A stretch of DNA of 64,000 nt, from contig OX597833.1 in NCBI GenBank assembly GCA_951406725.2, forward strand, positions 71,734,001-71,798,000, written 5' to 3'. Shown here one piece after another: positions 50,901 to 63,263 of this stretch (position 1 is its first letter; each line of letters begins with the position of its first letter). Source of the DNA: Octopus vulgaris. Taxonomy: Eukaryota. A model generated the notes under the pieces. The model ran no database searches. It worked only from the letters and a program-made list of their open reading frames with translations, and was not told the DNA's origin. Made by a program: the position numbers and the translations under genes.

Positions 50901-53900
50901 TTGCTTAGCAATGTAGCTGAGTGGAGTGTGGTGTGTTGCTTAGCGATGTAGCTGAGTGGAGTGTGGTCACAGTTCATGCCTGCTTCTTATTTTACTTCCC
51001 CACAATAATGGCCAATTGACTCTGGCAGGATTTGAACTTAAAACCCAGAAGATTGACCTAAATAATGGATGTAGACATGGCTGTCTGGTTTAGAAGTCCT
51101 CTTTGCAACTACATGGTTGGACCAAGTGAAATTTGGTAAATGGAAACTGTAAAGAAGCCTAGTGGATAGCGTTTTCCTTAATCTACCCTATAATATTAAT
51201 GATGTGAAACGTGTCGCAGCTTCCTCTTTTCTCTCTCCTCAAAATAGTCAAAAACAGATAATTTATTTAGGGAGTTCCTATTTGATTGTGCCTTTTGAGC
51301 AGCAGGGGCAGGGAAATAATCGGCTGATGAAGGTCTGCATTAGATAAGGTCCTACATAACCCTGAAAATAAGGAGTGCACATAACTGGATTGGTTTTTTC
51401 TTTTTCATAAGGTCTGCTCAGTCAACATGATGTGAGTGGCAAGATATAAACTATCAAACCTTGAGCAAGTGTATCAGCCACCTCTCTCACTACTAACAAA
51501 TCTCATCTAAATAACATTTCGTATTTGAAGGTTTTTTTTCTTCTTTTTTTTTGTTCCAGGTTGGCACAGACGGAGGCTGTGTGGTTTTATTCGATGTGGA
51601 GGATGGTTGCTTGAATTATCTGAAAACCTTCAGCAAACAGGAAGGTCAGTACATCCATGGTTCCTTTGTAGTATCTTCTTCGTTGGGAATTTTATTTCTT
51701 GCCTGGCGTTTGTGTGTGAAATGTAGAGCAAGTGACCACCACCACAGCCTGGCTTGGCAGGAACAACACAGAAGCCCGTTGGTGACTGTATTCTTGGATT
51801 GTAGTCTTGACCTGTTGCCTGGTTGAACCCCGTTACTTGACCCTCAGAAACCCTTTATTGGCATTGAAACCAGTTCCCTGTCTGAGGAATAACTGATGAA
51901 ATATTTCCTTTTTACCTTTCCTTCAATATTCTCTGTGATCCACTAAATGGTCGCCCATGCTGCCGTTTCTTCTTTGATTAAGATGGCGAGCTGGCAGACA
52001 CGTTAGTGCGCCGGGCGAAATGCTTAGCGGTATTTCGTCTGTCGTTACGTTCTGAGTTCAAATTCCGCCGAGGTCAACTTTGCCTTTCATCCTTTTGGGG
52101 TCGATAAATAAAGTACCAGTTAGGCACTGGGGACGATATAATCGACTCAATCCCTTCGTCTGTCCTTGTTTGTCCCCTCTGTGTTTAGCCCCTTCTGGGC
52201 AGTAAAGAAATATATATCAGAAAAGAAAAAAAACGTATGTTTGACCTTTTCCCCTTCTCCAAGAACCATATTAACCTCTGGCAATGATATCTACCATTTA
52301 TGATATGGAAGAAACTGAGAAAGTCATAGAGATTGACCTCACAATGTTAGATTGATTAATTAATTAATTAATTAAGGACAACTAAATGCAATTGCAATAA
52401 CATAGCAGATGTTCTGTTTGGTTTATTTCAGGTCGAATTCTTTGTTTGGATTGGCACCAAGCTGAAGAAATCATCGTCACTGGTGGAATTGATAATATCC
52501 GTGTGTGGAATGCCAATTCAGGGATTGCAGTGGAGAGGTTCACCATGAAGAGACACAAACAGAAACAGACCATCGTTTGGTGCATCAAGATTTTGGCGTC
52601 AGTCGTTTCTCTTTGCATTCTTCTGTTCTTTGTAAATTTACCAGATTATGATTCACTTAATTTAATTTAATGATTCTTCCTGGGTTCAGAATCAGATTCT
52701 GTCTCAGAGATTGTCTCCTGTCTTCAACTAAATTCTGTTTGCTTTCAAACAGCCGTAAGAGACACAAATGGCTGTTTAGTTAAGAAGTTTGCTTCTGAAC
52801 CACATGGTGCCAGGTTCAGTTCCACTGTGTGGCACTTTGGGCAAATGTCTTCTATGATAACCCTGGGCTGATTAAAACCTTGTGAATGGATTTATTACAA
52901 GGAAACTAAAAGAAGCCTGTTGTATCATCATTGTTGTTGTCATTTTGACATCCACTTTTCCATGCATGGGTCAGGTGGAATTCATTGAGGCAGATTCTCT
53001 ACAGGTAGGTGTACAGTAACCACTTGCCATATCGTGGTTCACTTATCGTGCACTCAGCACATCACGGATTCTCCTGGCTAATATATGTAAATTCATATCA
53101 TGGATTCCTCAGTATATCGTCGGTTTCTGTTTCTGCGGAAAAGTGGTATTTATATTTTTTTAGATTTTAATTATTTCTGTGGAGGTTTTGGAATGTAACA
53201 CCTGTAATAGTCGAGTGATTGCTGTACTTGCTGTTGCTGACCCTTGCCTGTTTCTAAGGTAATATTTCCCCTCTGTGGCCAGACGTGATTTTATAGACGG
53301 TTGGAATTGAATGACACTGCTTGTACAACAGTGACACTTGTTTACAGCTATCATACGATACCAAGATGAGAAGATGTACAGTGGGCTTCTTTCAGTTTCC
53401 TCCTGCCAAATCCACTCGCAAGGCTTTGATCTTCAGAAGACATTTGCTGTAGGTGCCATGCATTGGAACTGCATGGCACATGGTTAGGAAGTGGATTTCT
53501 TAATCATACAACCAGGCCTCCATGTGTGTGTGTGTGCTCTATAAAAGTTGCTATGAACAGTGTTGTTGTTGTTGTTGTCACTTCTCTGTCAACAGATCTT
53601 TTATTTGTTCCATGCTTTTGAAGACAAGTGAAATAAGAGGTCCCTTACTTGAAAAACAGGTATGGGTTAGAGACAGGAAAGGTATCTTGGCTGTAAAACA
53701 ATGCCTCAACAATTTACTCATCTAACTCATGCTAACATGAAATACAGACGTGAAATGAATGAAAAATAAAGGGTTGTGTGAAACTGTCTGGCCCCAGTTT
53801 GTTTCATAATCCAGTCACATGTTCCAAGCATTATGTAATTTCCTTGACAAACATCCAATATTCCACGTTTGCATGAATCAGCTGGAATTTGTTGGGGGCA

Positions 53901-56900
53901 GATTTCTTAAAGGCCTGGTGCTCTTCCTGTCACAAACCCTCACCTGTTCCCGAACAAGACAATATGATCCTCCACAAACATATATGCATGCACAGTGTTC
54001 CAAAAGTGACCTCCACTTGTAAAATGCAATGAAATACTTTACCCAATCAGTTTATACAATGATAATAAAGATTTTAAAACCAGGTCTTACTTTTGGGACA
54101 CCCTGTGGATGTCTGTGTGTCTGTCTGTGTGATACTTTAATACTAAAGTTGACTTGCAATGGCAACTTTTTTCTTTTCTTGTTCTTTTTGTGTTGTTTCT
54201 AAATTCCAACCAGTTTTTTTATTTTGTTTTGTTTTTTTTTTGTTTTTTTCTCTCTTGTAGTAATTTGACTGTGGTCAGTGGGGATTCGCAGGGCAGAATT
54301 ACATTCTGGGATGGCAAATATGGCACAGAATTAATGGTAAAATTCTTTACTAAGCAACTCCATCATCATTGTTATTTTGTGTTGTTCTTGTTGGTGTTGT
54401 TTAGTTGCAGGTCTGACTTGATAGAACAGAGTCAAACCTGAACCAGAGACATTCCAGCTATGACCAACACTTGAACTACATTTACCAATGTGTCCTTCCA
54501 ATTATATTTTAAAACAGTAACATGTGATTTGGCTGTTATTTCTAGTTAGGAAAATGACTGTGTCTCCCATATTGGTCCATGTGAAGCTGTTTTAGGTTAA
54601 TGTGGACATATGGTAGACATGTTTATGAATGTAATGATTTGAGGAGAGACAAACAACCGACCCCCCCCCTCGCATGACTTGGTTTCAAGTCTGGTGAGAG
54701 CAATATTGGAATTGCTTTATCTGTTTTTTTTATTGTTTATTGTTCATTTATTTTATGTTGCATTTTGTGATTGATAATGTTGTTAATGAGAGGTTTCCCA
54801 TGAGTCAATCATTGGTTCATAGCAACATTTATAATGGCAAGAATAACAACCAGGAGCTTGGTTCCATGACCAAAATATTTGATGGAAGCACTCTGTCGGT
54901 TACGACGACGAGGGTTCCGGTTGATCTGAATCAACGGAACAGCCTGCTCGTGAAATTAACGTGTAAGTGGCTGAGCACTCCACAGACACGTGCACCCTTA
55001 ACGTAGTTCTCGGGGATATTCAGCGTGACACAGAGAGTGACAAGGCCGGCCCTTTGAAATACAGGTACAACAGAAACAGGAAGTAAGAGTGAGAGAAAGT
55101 TGTGGTGAAAGAGTACAGCAGGGATCACCACCATCCCCTGCTGGAGCCTCGTGGAGCTTAGGTGTTTTCGCTCAATAAACACTCACAACGCCCGGTCTGG
55201 GAATCGAAACCGCGATCCTATGACCGCGAGTCCGCTGCCTTAACCACTGGGCCATTGCGCCTCCACTACCAAAATATTTACACACTCACACACACATTAT
55301 GAATTTCCATACAATTTCTGTCTACCAAATTCCACTCAACACAGAGTGACATCAAGGGACTGAACCCAGAACCATGTGGCTGTAAAGTAAACTTCTTATC
55401 CACATGGCCATGCTCGTAGCCATTGTTAATGGTTTTCAAGAAAAGCATGAATGTGACCGAATCCTTTGTTTCTCTCAGACACAATTCCTCAACTGTTGTC
55501 ATCCTCGTCTCATTTCAGAATTCTTCACACTCTGAATAAACCCATCTAACTCTGATTTTAATTTCCATCTGGAATTGTTATATTTCTTATTCTCATGTCT
55601 TTGGGAAAGGCATGAACATCACAACATCTTATAGACTTATTTTCTGTTCTGTTTCTTTCCAGAGTTTCTTTAGCCACAGGGCAGACATTCTGTGTTTAGC
55701 TGTCAGCGAGGTGAGCGGTTTCTATGTTTTTGCTTTCTGTTGCCAAACACTTTCTGTTTCAGTTGATTTTGAAAAAATGAAGAATTTCGTGAAAATAACA
55801 TTGTTGTTATTGCATTGATGTTTGGAAGATAATTAATAATTTTAATGAAAGATTTTGATTTAGATCACTTTAAAATGGGAAGTTTATACCATAGAATCAG
55901 GGGCTGGGTTGGTATTAAGAGGGGTTATGTTGTTGGAGTTTGGGCAAATATTATTCTTTGGAAATTTGAAATAACTTAGGTAAAAATAGCTTCTTGAATT
56001 TTTAGTGAGAATTCAGTGTTCATTCCCATTGCATGCCATAGTCAGTTTGGTTCTCTGACTGACCTTTCTAATTTTTATCCACCTGAGATTAAATTAGGGT
56101 TCCTTTCCTTTTAAGATGGTAAAAATTTGATTTGAGAACAATTTAGTTGCTATTGCTAGCATATCAAGTGGCTGTCTAAAGACATCTTTATTGGATTAAT
56201 GATTGAAGTATGATGACTAATAATGATTAATGGTCCTGTTGCAGGATGAGAAAACTGTGGTTTGCAGTGGGGTCGACCCAAAACTTATTTGGTTTGAGCT
56301 CCTGTCAGAAGAGATGGATGGTTTACCTGCTAAAAAGTTTAAGGGCAAGTTTGGGGCTGCTCCTGCTGCTCGTGGACAGAGTAAATGGGTTCAGTCTTTT
56401 GCAAAGAGCTTCCAGTCCCATGATGTCAACTCTCTGGTCTTCATCGAAGACGAGCTTGTCAGTGGAGGTAAGTAATTAGAAGCATTTCCTGTTAATTACA
56501 CTGTGGGGTTAGAAGGGTGGGGTGGAAAGTAGGTGAGCCCTGAGGTCCCTGGTTCAAATGGCAAGTAAAATAGCAATTGTCTCTCAATTCTTAGTTTTAC
56601 TCATTGAACCGCTGCCATGCTGGAGCATTGCCGTCCAGCTTTTAGGCACTCGTGTTAAATGCTGTACTTATTTTATTATTCCCTAATTTGCTGATCTGCT
56701 AAGTCGACAGGACATAAAGGCAAATGACATAATCACACACACACACACACGTGTGTGTATATTGAGTTCTAACAGCAGGTTATTAGTACTTCTACACCGA
56801 AGTGAAATCTTAATATATATCATCATCTTCATCATCATTTAATACCTGTTTCCTATGCTGGCATGGGTTGAATAGTTTAGCAGAAAGTGACAAGGCCAGA

Positions 56901-59900
56901 AGACTGCCCCGAGCTCTCTACTGTCTCCTTTTGGCATGGTTTCTACAGCTGGACACCCTTCCTACTGCAACCATTTTACAGAGCGGTGGCATGTAAAAAG
57001 CACCATCCGAACATGGTCGATGCCAGTGCCACCTGACTGGCTCCTGTGCCAGTGGCATGTAAAAAGCATTTTCCAAATGTGATTGATACCAGGGCCGCCT
57101 GACTGGCCCCTGTGTCGGTGGCACGTGAAAAGCACCCACTGCACTCTCAGAGTGGTTGGCGTTAGGAAGGGCATCCAGCTGTAGAAACACTGCCAGATCA
57201 GATTGGGCCTGGTGCAGCCTACTGGCTTTCCAAACCCCAGTCGAACTGTCCAAGCCATGCTGGCATGGAAAATGGACGTTAAACAATGATGATGACTGGG
57301 TGCTTTTTATCTGGCACCAGCATCAGTGAGGTCGCCAAGCAGCTTGCAAGACAAACATCCCTCGTCTAAAGCACAGGAATTAGTATTGAGGATGATGGCT
57401 TTTAGAAATGGAGTCGGTGTATTCCGTTCTTTGTTTTCTGACAAGATGACCAAACTGAGAGAATGTAGAACTCTGCTATCTTTCCTTATTCTCTCCTGTC
57501 ATCTTAACCCTGAAGAAGGACTGTCCAAGAGTCTGGCTATTCCACTCTTCACGGCAATTTCGTTGTGCAACCAGATCATCAGGAATATATTCTGTGGTGG
57601 ACCAATTCCACATCCAAAAACAAAGAGAGAGATCTCTCCTCAGAATAAACTTGAAGAAATAATAAAAAACCTTTAAAACTTTGTTCATTTTGAAGGAGAT
57701 TTATGTTAAGTTGTTGGATTTGGTTACTAATCTATTAATTTAAATCTAGCCTCTACTGTGGTTGGCTGCGAGAATTATTTTAGATTAAAGGCTGCTTTAT
57801 GTAAGATGGATAACCCAAAATAATAGGCGCAAGGGTCTCTGGAATTGGGTGGGGGGTACTCAGGTAGAAGAAACCAAACAGTCTGTCGTATCAAGTTAAG
57901 AGGTTCTAAACAGCTTATCTTGGTGTGGATTATGAAAGGAACAGGCTGAATAATACCTGTACTAAAAAAGCTGGTTTAGCAAATATAACTCAGAGATGCC
58001 ATCTGCACAGGGAAAAATAGTTAAGTTCCTGTTAACACATTAGATGACCTTCACTACCAAAGTGGGTGGGTGGGGGGTGTAGATCCATCATAGTCATTGT
58101 GCGAAGTATCTCTCTTCTAACAACCTATCAAATGCTCACGTCAACCGTTCTTCATTTCCAGGAGCTGATTCTTTCATTTCCCTTATTTCACCCAAGAAGA
58201 AATATTTCAAATACAGTGGCATTCCTCACGTAAGTCAGTCAAAGATTCTTCTTTAGATTCTTTAATAATGTCACCAGCAGAGGTAATCCTCAATGGGAAA
58301 CAGCAGCCAATTTGGAGACGGTGCTGCTGCTGTCCAGGCAAACGGTATTTATGTGGTGGTGGTGGTGGTGGTGGGGGAATCTTTCACCATCCCCCTCCAA
58401 CCTCTCACCCACTTAGGTGTTCGCTCTGTCTGTCTGTCTCTCTCCTTACCCTATCTTTTCTATTGTCAGAGTCAGTCTTGTACCACATCCACCCAGGCCC
58501 ACCCAACCTGTTCATCCCTCTCTTCACCATATTGTTCCTTAGTGATTAAGGACAGTCTATGCACGGCCTTCACTGGTCAAGATGGACTGTATATCTTGTA
58601 CAGAGTTGGACAACATTTTTCTCTGTTTTGAAGAAGACTTATATTTGCCCCGCCCCGGCCCCTGCAAGCCTCCCTTTTTCCACACCACTGATGTTTAGGG
58701 AAGGAAGAATCCTCCAATGTCGCTCAATATGGCTTGGCACCAATGGCATCACAGACTTTGTTCTCAGAACGCAAACAGAGGAAGCAGACACCACAAGGCA
58801 TCGTGCCTGGCCCTTTGACCCTTCAGCATTTAAACCAGCCACATCCAGGGGCCAAATATTCCACCTGCTTTTATGTTCAAACTGGCCAGATCCAGCCTCT
58901 CACACCTACCCTACAACGACATTCTAAAAATATACAATCACATCATTGAAATCTCAAAGTCATGAGATAATCCTGGATTAATTCAAAGCCATGTGAATAA
59001 ATAAGCTTTACACTTGACAGAGAAGTAATCTGAATGCTAAGGGGTTCCCTGCTGTGAATTGGTCCCCTTTTTATTGGAACTCAGAGCAGAAACACTCAAA
59101 CGGTGCCAGACACGTTCTATCCAACACCCTAATGGCAACCCTGATCCTTTTACTTATTGATGCCTCACTCGTATCTCCTGGGGTTCAATATGAACAGCTG
59201 GTTCTTGTGATGTAGTTTTCGAAATTACCTCTGATGCCCTCAAAGCTAATTAGTTTTTCATAAATAGATATGCAATCATTTTAAATAATTAGGATTGGAC
59301 ATTTCTTTTAACCCAATTCAATCCTGGTTTGTTTTGTAGAAGAAATTGGCCCACACTGCTTCCGATGCCAACGTGTTGTTGTTACAATATCCCACTTACC
59401 TTGAAATTTGGGAATTGGGACAAGCTTCAGGGAAAACAGGTAAGTACTCGCTCATCTTGTTAAATAATTTCATAAGCAACCAAAAGTTTTTGGTTGGCTC
59501 CAAGTCATCCTTAGTCAAGAATTATTACAACCAAGACCAGCCTAAGAATACATTGTCCATTTTTGTCTTTCCTAATTTTAAGATGGTAAATAGTTTTGGG
59601 GACCAACTTCTCATGTTTGGCTGCTCCTGCTGCTACAGACTGGGAAAAGAATTTCCTCTCCCTCTCTCTCTCACACACACACACACACATCATCATCGTT
59701 TAACGTCCGTTTTCCATGCTAGCATGGGTTGGACGGTTCGACCAGGGCCTGGGAAGCCAGGAGGCTGCACCAGGCTCCAGTCTGATCTGGCAGTGTTTCT
59801 ACAGCTCAATGCCCTTCCTAACGCCAACCACTCCGCGAGTGTAGTGGGTGCTTTTTACGTGCCACCGGCACAGGTGCCAGGGGAGTCTGGCATCGGCCAC

Positions 59901-62900
59901 AATCGGTTGGTGCTTTTAACATGCCACCGGCACGGAAACCAGCCAAGGCGGCGCTGGCATTGGCCATGTTCGGATGGTGCTTTTTATGTGCCACCGGCAC
60001 AGAAGCCAGTCGAGGCGGCGTTTACATATTCCTCATGAACCTATGAGAGAATCACTACATGTTACATGGTCTCTCAGCATGCTAGAAATAGCAGTCAAAT
60101 CTATTTATCAAAGCAAAAGGCAGGGGATTGGAACACCTTTGGCCAAGACTAACCTGGACATCGGTGACTGATGACCATCCACCCTGTTTTTGCACACATG
60201 TCCCCATCCCTCCCTGACCCACAGAATATAACCTTATAAGATTCCTTAATCTTAAGTTTGGGTGTTTATGTTTGCAGGGGATCAAGAAATCCTAACCCTG
60301 GAAAAACATCCAAGAAACCAGGTCCAGCTGAAGAGCAAACACGACAAACCTGTCGTTTGTTGTGCGTTAACGAGCGACGCCAAGATGGTGGCATATTCTA
60401 CAACAACAGAGACTCGTATTTATTATTTAAACCTGGTGAGTCATTTCTCTTCTTCTTCTTCTTCTCCATTTCATCTCTTTTGTTTGTTTTTTTGTTTTTT
60501 TTTTGCTTCCAACCATTTTGTGACAATGTTTCCAGAGAAATACGCTTCTTTTACCTTTTGCGTGTTTCAGTCATTTTGACTGCGGCCATGCTGGAGCATC
60601 GCCTTTAGTCGAGCAAATCAACCCCAGAACTTATTCTATCGGTCTCTTTTGCTGAACTGCTAAGTTACGGGGGCATAAACACAGCATCGATTGTCAAGCA
60701 ATGTTGGGAGGGGGGAGACAAACATAGACACACACACACACACATATACAATAGGCTTCTTTCAGTTTCCGTCTACCAAATCCTCTCACAAGGCTTTGGT
60801 TGGCCCGAGGTTATAGTAAAAGGCACTTGCCCAAGGTGCCACACAGTGGGACTGAACCCAGAACCATGTGGTTGCTAAGCAAGCTACTTACCACATAGCC
60901 ACTCCTGTGCCTAGTATATGGTCTTCCCCACAGTTTCCATCTACCAAATTCACAAGTCATTGCTTAACCCAGGCCTAGAAAACTCTTGCTCAAGGTTTCA
61001 TGTGGTTGGAAAGCACACAATATGTATGTGTATATGTGTATCATCGTGTTGGGGAATGCCGTTATCCATGCAGGTGGCACATAAAAAGCACCCACTACAC
61101 TCACGGAGTGGTTGGCGTTAGGAAGGGCATCCAGCCGTAGAAACACTGCCAGATCAGACTGGAGCCTGGTGCAGCCTTCTGGCTTCCCAGATCCCCGGTC
61201 GAACCGTCCAACCCATGCTAGCATGGAAAACGGACATTAAATGATGATGATGATGATGTGTGTGTGAGAGTATATGTGTGTATATATGTATGTATATATC
61301 ATCATCATTCCATGTCTGTTGCCCATGCTGGCATGGGTTGGATGGTTTCACCAGGGCTGGTAAGCTGGAAGGCTGCACCAGACTCCAGTCTGATTTAGCA
61401 TGCTTTTCTACAACTGGATGCCCTTCCTAACACCAACCACTCCAAAAGTGTAATGGGTGCTTTTACCTGCCACAGGTGTGGGTGCCATTTGCATGACTAC
61501 GGTATTTGTCACAACTGCAGTTTTGCTCAGCTTGATGGGTCTTTTCCTGAGGCACGACATAGTATGTATATATGGATGTCTATCAATGTCTGTATATATA
61601 TATATATATATATATGGGACTCCACATACGACATATCCCTGCAGTTCACATATGCAAAACAGAAGGAACAAATAACAAATATTTGTTCCTTCTGTTTTGC
61701 ATATGTGAATTGCAGGGATATGTCGTAGGTGGAGTCCCTTTTGTAGAAAATAAAAATAAACAGTCTATGACTGCTATTTCTAATTTTTTCGGTATGCGGC
61801 TAAGCAACCTGTTGCCTGCCCCTTCTATTTATATACAATATATATGTACTGAACTTTACAGAAGTTCCTACCGTTAATGGTTATATTTACATGCCGAAAT
61901 CTACCAATAAATAATTGTTGGTTTTTTGAAAAACCATCGAAGAAATCATTTACTCTTATTATTATCATATATGTGTAGATATATGGATGTGCAATCTACT
62001 CTCACCTTTTCACCTTCCTACAGGTTACTGACCCGAGTCAGTTTCCTTCATCTCCGACAGTCAAACACGAGAAACACTTCAGCAGCATGTTGTTACCTGC
62101 TCATCAAATGGTCTTCACTCGTGACTCTTCCAAATTTATTCTCGCTACAAATGCTGGAACTTTACAAATCCTTCATTTCGAAGACAACGAAATAACCTGC
62201 ATCAATCCAGCAAAAGGTAAGTTTGTGTCTTTTTCTTTTTGTTTCTCTTTTAAACATCCTTTTCTTTCCTTCCCTTCCCCCCCCCCCCTTCATGAAAAAT
62301 GTGATCCCTGTAACTGACATTTGTTGGCAGAAACTGTACTGAAGCCCAGTAGATGAGTTGTTGAACTAATCTATCACCAGGTTTAACTCCCACCACTTGT
62401 CTCTCGGATACATTTAGCAGACTCCATTCCTGAGGCAAGTATTCAGACTTTAATCTCTAATCTGAGTTTATCTGAGATTAGAGTTGTCTGCTGCTGCTTA
62501 CCATGTCCACCTATTAGTTGTGGCTTGAAGCTGATAAGATGTGATTTGAGTGAAATTTGGCTGTTTTTTCTAGCAGGTTGAACACTGGTGCCAAGGTTTC
62601 ACACATTGGCCCTTATTGACGTGTGAAATGGAGAGAGTTGTTAAAATGGTCAGAAGAATGTCTTGTTCTGGCTCTCTGCATTCCGAGTCCAGTTCCTTCA
62701 TCCTTTGAAGGTTGGTAAATAAAGTTCCAGTCTGGGAAATGGTGGAATTGTGAGGGTGGTGCGGGGGATGCTTTGTGGTGTCTGTTGCATCGCAAGTTCA
62801 AATTCCATCTTGGCACCAAAGGCTGGAGCTAATCAGCCAACCATGAATACAGCCTCTCAACCCATAATTGACCTCCAGGGACAAGTAAATTTACAACCAA

Positions 62901-63263
62901 CAGGGGCAAGGGCAGGGGCATGCTGGGGCTTTCATCCAGACTAGATTGACAAATGACAGAATGGAATTTTAAGAATCTCCTGCTTCATTCTTGATGTGGA
63001 TTTTCTTGGGGTTTCAAAGTTGTTGGTGTTTGTTTAGGTCTGGAAACCGGTTCCAAGGCAAACATTCTTTGATGAACTGGAAAGACAAAATAGAATTCTA
63101 AAAAGTTTTCCTTCTTTTTCTTTTTCTTCTTGCATTGCATTCTAAATGTGCACCAGGAATTGCAGAGTCCATACACCTGCTGGAGGTGAGCAGCGACAGC
63201 CGATATGTTGCAACAGCAAATAGCAGCCAAGAGGTCAATGTCTTTGACACAGTTTCTGGAGAG
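47839..63263 (+). CDS. UTP4: U3 snoRNA-associated protein 4 (UTP4/Cirhin), multi-exon, 3'-incomplete (14 coding exons, 521 codons in window)
   Basis: Spliced translation MGDFKVHQVRFF..KLALSRTDGSIEI..LFSAGGSGEVVEYDL..GPIW..RILCLDWH..SHDVNSL..LLLQYPTYLEIWELG.. follows, in order, vertebrate UTP4 as I recall it (MGEFKVHRVRFF..LAVSRTDG..LFSAGLNGEIMEYDL..GPIW..RILSLSWH..THDVR..LLLFQFAHHLELWRLG). All introns are GT-AG with consistent phases. Confidence 0.96.
48895..49310 (+). mobile_element. RT fragment of the same RTE family, in a UTP4 intron
   Basis: VGVHQGSVLSPFLL..PWKLLYDDD. Confidence 0.8.
49442..49487 (+). CDS. UTP4: UTP4 coding exon 2 (TDGSIEILGNWYKEK)
   Basis: ttttcag| ... AAG|gtaaat; completes the Arg codon from exon 1. 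Confidence 0.92.
49886..50005 (+). CDS. UTP4: UTP4 coding exon 3 (VIPGDIDRPVETIIWVANRLFSAGGSGEVVEYDLVKLEPK)
   Basis: ttccag| ... |gtaagg, 120 nt, WD40 motif. Confidence 0.95.
50483..50551 (+). CDS. UTP4: UTP4 coding exon 4 (TKAHCNAGPIWCSVKNHSNTRIA)
   Basis: ttttag| ... |gtgagt, GPIW motif. Confidence 0.92.
50807..50966. repeat. 35-bp tandem repeat x about 4.6 in a UTP4 intron
   Basis: TGTAGCTGAGTGGAGTGTGGTGTGTTGCTTAGCAA repeated. Confidence 0.95.
51560..51644 (+). CDS. UTP4: UTP4 coding exon 5 (VGTDGGCVVLFDVEDGCLNYLKTFSKQE)
   Basis: ttccag| ... G|gtcagt, phase 1. Confidence 0.93.
51982..52210 (+). mobile_element. SINE family B in a UTP4 intron
   Basis: Very similar to 4688-4918. Confidence 0.85.
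52432..52597 (+). CDS. UTP4: UTP4 coding exon 6 (GRILCLDWHQAEEIIVTGGIDNIRVWN..IVWCIKILA)
   Basis: tttcag| ... GC|gtcagt, phases consistent. Confidence 0.94.
54261..54336 (+). CDS. UTP4: UTP4 coding exon 7 (NLTVVSGDSQGRITFWDGKYGTELM)
   Basis: Long polypyrimidine tract, ttgtag| ... ATG|gtaaaa; SGDSxGxxxFWD WD40 signature. Confidence 0.95.
54881..55267 (-). mobile_element. SINE family C with 12-bp TSD, in a UTP4 intron
   Basis: Nearly identical to 21827-22215; TSD ACCAAAATATTT at 54869-54880 and 55268-55279. Confidence 0.9.
55663..55710 (+). CDS. UTP4: UTP4 coding exon 8 (SFFSHRADILCLAVSE)
   Basis: ttccag| ... GAG|gtgagc, 48 nt. Confidence 0.92.
56245..56467 (+). CDS. UTP4: UTP4 coding exon 9 (DEKTVVCSGVDPKLIWFE..QSHDVNSLVFIEDELVSG)
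   Basis: ttgcag| ... G|gtaagt; HDV and SGG motifs. Confidence 0.95.
58162..58229 (+). CDS. UTP4: UTP4 coding exon 10 (GADSFISLISPKKKYFKYSGIPH)
   Basis: ttccag| ... CAC|gtaagt; completes SGGxD and ends in PH like UTP4 FPH. Confidence 0.9.
58818..59044. mobile_element. piggyBac-like MITE, second family
   Basis: CCCTTCAGCATT..AATGCTAAGGGG termini. Confidence 0.55.
59340..59439 (+). CDS. UTP4: UTP4 coding exon 11 (KKLAHTASDANVLLLQYPTYLEIWELGQASGKT)
   Basis: ttgtag| ... G|gtaagt. Confidence 0.93.
59690..60020 (-). mobile_element. RTE 3'-tail-derived repeat (also ~19705-19890, 35470-35810, 47247-47500, 56985-57295, 61070-61255, 61300-61470)
   Basis: GGCGTTAGGAAGGGCATCCAGCTGTAGAAAC..CATGGAAAACGGACGTTAAACGATGATG with internal AAAAGCACC subrepeats; shares motif with 3' end of LINE at 22430. 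Confidence 0.8.
60278..60435 (+). CDS. UTP4: UTP4 coding exon 12 (GDQEILTLEKHPRNQVQLKSK..VAYSTTTETRIYYLNL)
   Basis: ttgcag| ... CTG|gtgagt; AYST motif. Confidence 0.94.
60546..60912 (-). mobile_element. SINE family A in a UTP4 intron
   Basis: Similarity to other copies. Confidence 0.85.
61616..61738. repeat. About 120-bp inverted repeat in a UTP4 intron
   Basis: GGGACTCCACATACGACATATCCCTGCAGTTCACATATGCAAAACAGAAGGAACAAATA mirrored with 2 mismatches. Confidence 0.85.
62024..62216 (+). CDS. UTP4: UTP4 coding exon 13 (VTDPSQFP..AHQMVFTRDSSKFILATNAGTLQILHF..PAK)
   Basis: ctacag| ... G|gtaagt. Confidence 0.92.
63157..63263 (+). CDS. UTP4: UTP4 coding exon 14 (GIAESIHLLEVSSDSRYVATANSSQEVNVFDTVSGE)
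   Basis: caccag| ... GAG|gtaaga; WD40 repeat; remainder of gene lies beyond the window. Confidence 0.92.

Noticed and set aside
51695-51830. Possible intronic H/ACA snoRNA in UTP4 (hairpin, ANANNA, second hairpin)
   Set aside because: No ACA box after the second hairpin and the pairing is weak; a snoRNA covariance search would be needed.
59346-60038. 230-aa ORF
   Set aside because: Only the first ~31 codons belong to UTP4 exon 11; the rest is intron and an RTE-tail repeat.
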